From Chrysochromulina tobinii (lineage: Eukaryota): a DNA stretch of 38,084 nt. The stretch covers positions 1 to 38,084 of the forward strand of contig JWZX01002823.1 in NCBI GenBank assembly GCA_001275005.1, written 5' to 3'. A program made the translations under genes and the position numbers. The notes below the pieces were generated by a model. The model worked only from the letters and a program-made list of their open reading frames with translations. It had not been told where the DNA came from and ran no database searches. Of the stretch, positions 31,263-38,084 are shown piece by piece (the first letter of the stretch is position 1; the number at the start of each line of letters is the position of its first letter).

Positions 31263-33304
31263 ATGGGCAAGGCCCGCTGCATGCAATCCTTCCACGCCGA
31301 GCAGAAGGGTGAGATCTCGCTCGCCGTGGGCGATCTCGTGCTTGTGACCGACCAGGGCTCCGACGGCTGGTGGGAAGGCTCGTGCGGCAAGCGAAAGGGC
31401 ATCTTCCCTGGCGCCTTCGTCCAGCTGATGCCGGAGTGGGAGCTCGAGGAGGTGCGGCCGCCACCCGCGGCGCTTCGGTTCGCGTACGACGGCGCCGAGT
31501 TCCACGAGCATGCGCAGCTGCACGGCCTCGCGGCCTCGTACGAGGGTCTCTTTCGCCTCGTGCCCGATCGGCTCGTCAACGACCGGCCTGTGTGGCAGCA
31601 CCACCTGCGCCCGAAGCACATGATCGCTTTCAACGGGAGCGGCTGGATGGCGCAGCTCGAGAGCCAGCTCGGCACCGCGATGGGCGTCATGCTCCTGCGC
31701 GACGGCGGGTGCGCCTCGCCCGACCTGAGTGACAAGAGCTGGAAGGTGACGCCGGGCTGGAAGGTGGAGAAGGGTGAGCGTACGACGCTGATTGCCTATG
31801 ATGGCCTCTGATTGGTGCGGATGCTCTCGTTGATGGCCTCGTTGATGGCCTCCTTGGTGGCATCACGTGATGACCTCCTCGTTGATGGCCTCCCTATGGC
31901 CTCGCTGATGGCCTCTCTGATGGCCTCGCTGCTTGCCTCCCTCCATAGGGCTGCGCTGCGTCGCCATGACGGCGGACGAGGCGGACGCTTGGGAGGCCGC
32001 CCAGAACCCCTGGGGCGAAGGTGCGTCTTCGAATGAGATGCTCGAGCTGCTCGCACAGCAGCTTTCCCTCCATCCTGATGTGGCGCTCGCGCGTGACAAG
32101 GGCGCCTCAACGGCCGACAGGCTCGCGGCGATGGATCGGCTACAGTTGCTTGCGGGGGGGGGCGCGGAGGGCGGCGCTGCGGGAATTGCAGCCGCGCTGC
32201 CTTCGCTGCTCGGACCGCCGCCATCGTCCTCGCACGCCGCCACCAAAAAGCTACAGCTTGGTCATTCACAGCTGGATCATTCACAGCCGGCGACGACAGC
32301 GCTCAGCGCTCCGGGGAAGACTGGTGCAGGATCTCATGGCGGACCCTTTTTGGGTCGGAATCCTTTCGACTCTCGCGCTCGCGACGGCGCTCATGACGGC
32401 GCTCGCGGCGGCGGTGGCGGCGGAGGAAGCGGAGGCGGAAGCGGAGGCGGAGGCGGAGGCGGAGGAGGCGGAGGCGGAGGCGGCGGAGGCGGAGGCGGCG
32501 GAGGCGGAGGCGGCGTTGGGCTGGTGGCACTGCGAGGCGGCGCGCTCTTCATCGGCCGCTCCGACGGTAACGGTCATCTGCACGACCTCTGATCGCCTCG
32601 GATCGCCTCTGGTCGCCTCTAATTGGCCTCAAAATTCAAGCTGGCCTCTAAATGGCCTCTGAATGCCTCTGATCGCCTCGGCTCGCCTCTAATTGGCCTC
32701 TAAATGGCCTCTGATTACCTCTGCTTGCCTCTAATTGCCTCTGATTGCAATCGGCACAGGCAAGGGGCATCCCCACGGAATGGGCGAGTTGCTACTACTC
32801 GACGGATCGGCACATGTGGGCATGTTCGTTCACGGCGCTGCCCATGGCGACGGCGTGTACTATGATTGTAAGGGCTCTGTACACAGCGGAGCTTGGGATG
32901 GCAATAAGCGCGTCGGCCGCTTTGAGGTGCGCTGATGGTGATTGCCTCGGAGTGAATGAGATTGCGCGTCGGCCGATTTGAGGTGCTGCGCTGCTGATGG
33001 TGATGGCCTCTGAGTGCACGTGATTGCCTAATATGGGCCTCAGGTAGTCGACCCTTGTGGGGGCAGCTTTGATGACGTGTACGATGCAAGCGGCAAGCGC
33101 ACGATCCGCAAGCGAGTCTCTCCCGCCGCCACCGCCGCCGCCCTGTGCACCCACTGCGCCGTCCGATTTCACCCCGACCATGACTTCAAATGCCGTCGGC
33201 ATGAAGCCCCCTGGGATGCGGCCTCTGGCATTTGGCCGTGCTGTGGCGCGCATGGGCAGAATGAGCCAGGCTGTAACGTGGTGGGCGGGCACCTTGAATC
33301 TTGA
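31263..33304 (+). CDS. SH3 + poly-Gly + MORN repeats + C-terminal Btk-like Zn-finger protein, 4 exons (31263-31773, 31949-32566, 32760-32926, 33044-33304)
   Basis: SH3 ARCMQSFHAEQKGEISLAVGDLV...DGWWEG...GIFPGAFV. MORN-like PHGMGELLLLDGSAHVGMFVHGAAHGDGVYY...HSGAWDGNKRVG. Zn-finger CTHC...CRRHEAPW...WPCCG...PGC...H. Confidence 0.8.
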
Positions 33305-34521
33305 ACCGGTATACCAATTTGTCACCAATCGAATTAACACCTTTCGATTAGTATACCTTTCACTTATTTATGCGGGCACCTTGGACCTTGTCCTTGAAGC
33401 CCAACCTTGAACCTTGCGCGTGCGTCCCCTGCGTGCCCGTGCTGGCGGCGGCGCGCGAGGTTAGATTTCATCACGCGTCCTGTTGGAACTTGGATCGTTC
33501 GTCACCGTCACGCTCACGTCGCGTGCAACACATATGTGCGTCGCGAGCTCCCGCGACTCAACGCGACTCGTGTCTCCGCTGATCCCGGACTGCGGCATCT
33601 TCTCTACCGGGCATCCCTCCCTGGCCCTGCATCTCCCGGAAGATGCAAGTAGCAAGATCCGGTACGGCGGGAACCGCGAGAGTAAGGGGTCTGTGGACAC
33701 CCCCCTTAGCGAGAGCGGCGGTCGGGCGCTGTCGTAAGCGCTAAAGCGCTGTCGTCGGTGGCAGTGATACGGGGGATGCGGCCGCGATCCCGGTGGCTGC
33801 TGCTGGTCTCATGGTCATGCTGGTCTCGGCTCAGGGGGCGGCACCTCGACCTGCTCCGGTCCGACCGGGCGTCCGCGGCCACTGCTCGGCTTGAAAACCC
33901 GACGACGCGCCACCGCGCGGCGTGGCGCGCGGCGCGCGGGCTCCGGGCAGCAACCGCGTGGCGTACTGGTACACGCTGGGAGAAGACCGCGATGGCCGAA
34001 GCAACCTTGCCACATAAGCACAACCTAAGCTGTAAGCACAACCGCAACGCGACGCATATCAATCGATCTCCCCGGACCCCGCGATTCGACCGCGTCGACG
34101 ACCGCGGTCTGCGCGGCCCCGCCTAGGCCCCGCCATCGGCGCGAGATCCGCGTACCGTTTCGCGTTTGACCACGGTAGGCCGCCAACCGGCGCATATGAT
34201 AAGAATTTTAAGATAATAATCGGTCGTCGGACGCCGCTGCCGCCGGTCGCGTAGGAGCGCCCGATCCGCGATCGCGATCGCGGCGATCCGGAAACCCGGT
34301 ATTTTACTACCTTTAAAACACTCGCCCCGCCCCGACATTCACATTGATACATTTCTCGATACGCAGCAAAACACGACGCCACTTCGCCGCTGTGGAACTA
34401 ACAATCACCGAATCGACGACACCTCCCATGAGCTAAACGCGTATACATCGACCGTGTTCGCCGAGAGGTGCTGCTCTAACCATATCCTGTTGCCGTGGCG
34501 CTCAGTCTCCCGTCGCGGAGC

Positions 34522-35145
34522 TTATCGGCGCGGCGCGACCTTTTGATTGAGCGGCGTGACGGTTGCCTTGCCTCGCATCGCCATCGCGATCTTCGTGTCC
34601 TGATCACTGATCTGCTCCTCCGCAATCTTCATCAGGTCGCATGCAAAGCGGCGATAGCCGATCATTGGTGGAGGCTGGCCGGGCGCCGAGGGCGGGCCGG
34701 TCAGGTACGGGGCGGTGATCTCCTCGTACTCTGCAGCCGTCATGCCGAGCTCGCCCCACTGGTTGCCGAAGCAGTCCGCCAGCGCGCGCTGGAAGACCGT
34801 CTGCTCAAACTTGTTGCAGTCCTTCGGATCAAAGCCGTGCATGATCTCGATGAGGTCGAGCCGGCGCATGCGGATGATGACGGCCATCCGCCACCAGATG
34901 GACGCATCCGCCCACTGCGCGTCCATGTTGGACTTGGCGGTCATGCCAGCCACCGAACCGGGCATAGAGATCACATTACGCCCATTGGGGTCGGAGTACA
35001 TTGGCGCAGGGCATGTGCCCGGCATGATGTAGCCGTTTTCGGAGAACCCCTCCGTCCGCGGGCTCATGCCGCGCTGCTCGGTACTCTTCCAGTACGCGGG
35101 CTCTCTCCACTGCGGCTGGCGCTGGTTCTTCGGAGTCAGCACCAT
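34522..35145 (-). CDS. Hypothetical protein with a degenerate EF-hand-like region
   Basis: ATG at 35145 (MVLTPKNQ...), GC3-rich codon usage, and LIEIMHGFDPKDCNKFEQTVFQRAL...IGYRRFACDL. Confidence 0.6.
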   Translation of the reverse strand: MVLTPKNQRQPQWREPAYWKSTEQRGMSPRTEGFSENGYIMPGTCPAPMYSDPNGRNVISMPGSVAGMTAKSNMDAQWADASIWWRMAVIIRMRRLDLIEIMHGFDPKDCNKFEQTVFQRALADCFGNQWGELGMTAAEYEEITAPYLTGPPSAPGQPPPMIGYRRFACDLMKIAEEQISDQDTKIAMAMRGKATVTPLNQKVAPRR

Positions 35146-35451
35146 GGGTTGCCGGGGCGGTCGCGAGTGGGCGGACGGGCGATCCCAAAAAGTTAGTCGG
35201 TCGCGCTGCGCGCGCTCGCGCGCGCTGCGCGCGCTCGGGTTTTTCAACGTCCGACCGGAGGCAGGAGGTGTGGAATCTTAAGGGGTGGAATTTCCATTTC
35301 GGGACATTTCACACACCAACACACCTCTCGGTCCTCGGCGCAACGCAACTTCAGTCAGAAGTCATAAGCAGAGTACAGTCAAATGCCCCCCGAGGCTCCC
35401 CCTTGAGGAGGATTAAGACAAGATACAACTTCTGATATAAGTTTTAGGGTT

Positions 35452-35562
35452 GGCGCGCTGAGGGCGCTGCCCCTCTGTGCCGCCTCTGTCCCGAGTCCAC
35501 CTCGTGCGGCGCGCTGAGGGCGCTGCCCCTCTGTGCCGCCTCTGTCCCGAGTCCACCTCGTG
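35452..35562 (+). repeat. ~56-bp tandem duplication, 2 copies
   Basis: GGCGCGCTGAGGGCGCTGCCCCTCTGTGCCGCCTCTGTCCCGAGTCCACCTCGTGC occurs twice. Confidence 0.9.
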
Positions 35563-35675
35563 CACTTGTGAGACCAGAGAACCGAATGGATCGAAAGCGC
35601 ATGCAGGGCTCAGCGAGCCCACGGAGTGGAGCCACGCTTACGAGCGCGGCCCCGGTTTCTACATGTATCTCGGTC

Positions 35676-35790
35676 GGAGCGCCGTGGCGAGCGGGTCCCT
35701 TGGTAGGAGCGCCGTGGCGAGCGGGTACCTTGGACGGAGCGCCGTGGCGAGCGGGTACTTTGGAGGGAGCGCCGTGGCGAGCGGGTACCC
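35676..35790 (+). repeat. 30-bp tandem repeat, 4 copies (GGAGCGCCGTGGCGAGCGGGT core)
   Basis: Read directly downstream (in gene orientation) of the Cys-rich gene. Confidence 0.9.
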
Positions 35791-35873
35791 GCGCTCCGAT
35801 CGACCTTAGCAGCCCTTGTCGTACTTGGTGAGGCACGATTGGTGAGAAGTTGGTACCTGTGCTCCGATCGACC

Positions 35874-36695
35874 TCAGCAGCCCTTGTCGTACTTGGTGAG
35901 GCACGATTGGTGAGAAGTTGCGTTGGGGCATGAGATCGGGTCCTTGCACTTCACGCACCCCACGTCGATGACGCACTGGTACCACGGCTGCGAGTAGGCG
36001 CAGGTCGAGTTGCAGCTCTGGAAGGTGGTCGAGTTCGGGCAATTGGAAGGGTCGGCGCATTGATGGCAGCCGTCATCGATGCACTGGAACAGCGGGGTCG
36101 GCGCGCTGCACATCGAGTTGCACTTTGAGAGGGACACTGCACCCGGGCAGTTGTACGGGTCTGGGCACGGCTGGCAGGAGCCGTCTACGCAGAGGTAAGT
36201 GGGGTTGCAGGTGTCTTCACACTGTTCCTTGGGGACCGCGTAGGGGCAGTAGAGCGGGTGCGGGCAGTACGAGCATCCGGTCTCCTCGATGCACATGTAC
36301 AGTGGCGGGCTGGGGGTGCAGTTGGCCATCTGGGAACCTTGCAGGCTGACCTCGCCCTCGACGCAACAGTCTTGCCCATCGGCGAGCGCGTAGCCGCTCT
36401 GGGCATTGATGACACGGGCTCCTCCTTGGCCCGCGCAGAGTTTTGCCGCTGCGCACACCTCCGCCGCCGCATCGGCGGACATGGCCTTGCTCGCGCAGGT
36501 GGTTTCGTCGACACACATCATCCCGAAGTTCGCCACCGTCAGGGTGTTGTCTGGGACGTGGCGTGCGGTGAGAATCCAGTCGCGCGAGGGACTGCAGCCC
36601 TTTTGCACGTGGATTGTATAGTTGCACAGCGTGACATTGGGCACCGCGCTGTGCAACATGGGCACCGCGAAGAAAAAGGGGGAGAGAGGCAGCAT
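35874..36695 (-). CDS. Cysteine-rich probably secreted protein with four ~33-aa five-Cys repeats
   Basis: Repeats YMCIEETGCSYCPHPLYCPYAVPKEQCEDTC, YLCVDGSCQPCPDPYNCPGAVSLSKCNSMC, FQCIDDGCHQCADPSNCPNSTTFQSCNSTC and YQCVIDVGCVKCKDPISCPNATSHQSC. Hydrophobic N-terminus MLPLSPFFFAVPML. Confidence 0.7.
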   Translation of the reverse strand: MLPLSPFFFAVPMLHSAVPNVTLCNYTIHVQKGCSPSRDWILTARHVPDNTLTVANFGMMCVDETTCASKAMSADAAAEVCAAAKLCAGQGGARVINAQSGYALADGQDCCVEGEVSLQGSQMANCTPSPPLYMCIEETGCSYCPHPLYCPYAVPKEQCEDTCNPTYLCVDGSCQPCPDPYNCPGAVSLSKCNSMCSAPTPLFQCIDDGCHQCADPSNCPNSTTFQSCNSTCAYSQPWYQCVIDVGCVKCKDPISCPNATSHQSCLTKYDKGC

Positions 36696-36942
36696 GAAAA
36701 CGACCCTGGGAGCGGAGACCACGACGAGAAGTTGTCGGAGCCTCCGACGGCCCGCCGACGGAGATTCCCGCACTTCGTCTCGACAGGAATAAATGAGGCG
36801 AGGTACAATGTAGGTGAAGAGGGGCTTCTATCAGGACGTGTTTGTCAAATCAGGAATTTCGTCGTCTTCAATGTCGGGTCCTGCTGCGGAGCGGCGCCGT
36901 CCGAGCTCTTTGCAACCTCTGATGTTCTTCACACACACAACC

Positions 36943-37596
36943 ATGATGATGTTCGCTGCGCTTGTCCCGTCTGCTGCGGCGGCCGGCAACGCGTCGGACT
37001 ACGTGACGGTGCCTGGCGTCTTTTTCCCAAACTCTAAGTCAAAGACAGCAGGAGTCGTGCCGTCGACATCTAGCATGGTGCGTATGTGCAAGGGCCACAA
37101 AAGGACTCTCCCACTCTCATGCCTGTTTGCGCGAACACGCTCGCAGGTATTCATGGCCATCCCGGGCGTTCCGCTCCCAGAGGTACCCATTCTTTGGATC
37201 GGCGAGGCGAACAACGCCGACCAGGTGCTGCTGGACGATCCCAGCGTCCCTCCGACGTCATCGACGACGGCAATTGAGTGGGCGTTGGCAGATCCGGGCA
37301 AGACCTCCTTTGTTCACATGTACCGCTGCAGCGAGACCACCGTCGGAACTTTCGTGAAGGGCCCGGCGGGCACCACCTTCAAGAAGTGCCCCATGAATGC
37401 GGCCTCCGACACGTACCGCTTGATCGCGACCTATGCGTTGCCGGCGTTCGTCTGCGAGCAGAGCTGTGATAAGAACCCAGAATGCACCGTGTATGCTGTG
37501 GACAAGGATCAGCAGAACTGCTACATCGGCGGTCCAGCTTCCGTCGTGCCCACAGGCAAGAACTATTCCATGTACATCCGCCTACCGGGGATCTGA
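36943..37596 (+). CDS. Secreted protein with a C-terminal PAN/apple-like module; probable in-frame intron 37078-37146
   Basis: Signal-like MMMFAALVPSAAAA. CEQSCDKNPECTVYAVDKDQQNCYI fits the PAN pattern CxxxCxxxxxCxxy...C. Start codon uncertain. Confidence 0.6.
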   Translation: MMMFAALVPSAAAAGNASDYVTVPGVFFPNSKSKTAGVVPSTSSMVRMCKGHKRTLPLSCLFARTRSQVFMAIPGVPLPEVPILWIGEANNADQVLLDDPSVPPTSSTTAIEWALADPGKTSFVHMYRCSETTVGTFVKGPAGTTFKKCPMNAASDTYRLIATYALPAFVCEQSCDKNPECTVYAVDKDQQNCYIGGPASVVPTGKNYSMYIRLPGI

Positions 37597-38084
37597 GAAC
37601 TGAAATGTTCCGAGGCCAAACCGTTGACCAGATGTAGGGGAGAGCACCGGCACCCCGGCAGCAGGTCCGCGTAGGCGACAGCCGCAGTCGAGCACGCGCG
37701 GTTCAGGTGTTTGTGGGAAAGAGCCAGCCAGACTGTGCCGAGGCACGGTCGACGGTCGGCATGACGGTCGGTCGGTGCACCGCGCCAACACCGCAAAACT
37801 CTGCACAGGTCGACTGATTGCAAACTTGTGCTACCCATGCCACGGTTGGTCGGTTGCGGGCCACTCGACTAGGTCTAGGTACTAGGAAAACATTCAATTC
37901 CCAAACAGGTGTGGGGTTGAGGCCTTATAAACATGAAAACTAGATCAATAGTAGTAAGACGAAATAAACTATAAAGACCACTAAAGTTCCCCCTTCGCCC
38001 ACTTGGGTCAAGTAAAGCACGTTTGATACGCATTCGGGTAAGGAACGCATTTAAACCCCAGGAAATGCGATAACCAGTATAGGT

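Noticed and set aside
33310..34500. Possible gene or structured RNA in the intergenic stretch with short palindromes (e.g. CCGCGATCGCGATCGCGG near 34266)
   Set aside because: No recognisable protein motif, tRNA/rRNA/snRNA signature or terminal repeats could be supported by eye.

Overview
GC-rich, gene-dense eukaryotic nuclear DNA with GT-AG spliceosomal introns full of short tandem repeats. The style suggests a haptophyte alga such as Chrysochromulina, which is an inference and not verified. About 18 protein-coding genes can be reconstructed: the 3' end of an acidic ribosomal P-stalk protein, an XRCC4-like gene, a membrane-anchored ricin-like/coiled-coil protein, a kinesin-8, a PhyH-type dioxygenase, a two-RRM/RGG protein, a thioredoxin-like ferredoxin, a FATP-type acyl-CoA synthetase, a CBM20 protein, an SH3-MORN-Zn-finger protein, Cys-rich and PAN-like secreted proteins, and several hypotheticals. 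Two things stand out. (1) An intronless ORF of about 1200-1300 aa (11193/11520-15146) fuses a Skp1/BTB-like domain, an H2B-like fold, a ubiquitin lacking the C-terminal RGG, a split H2A-like fold and ankyrin repeats, which looks like a genetically encoded 'ubiquitylated H2B-H2A dimer' mimic. (2) Many introns carry duplicated copies of their own exon junctions and share sequence modules across unrelated genes, pointing to a recent or ongoing intron-generating process. A short element inserted at ACCGGTA sites also occurs twice. All domain calls come from reading motifs by eye; no searches were run.
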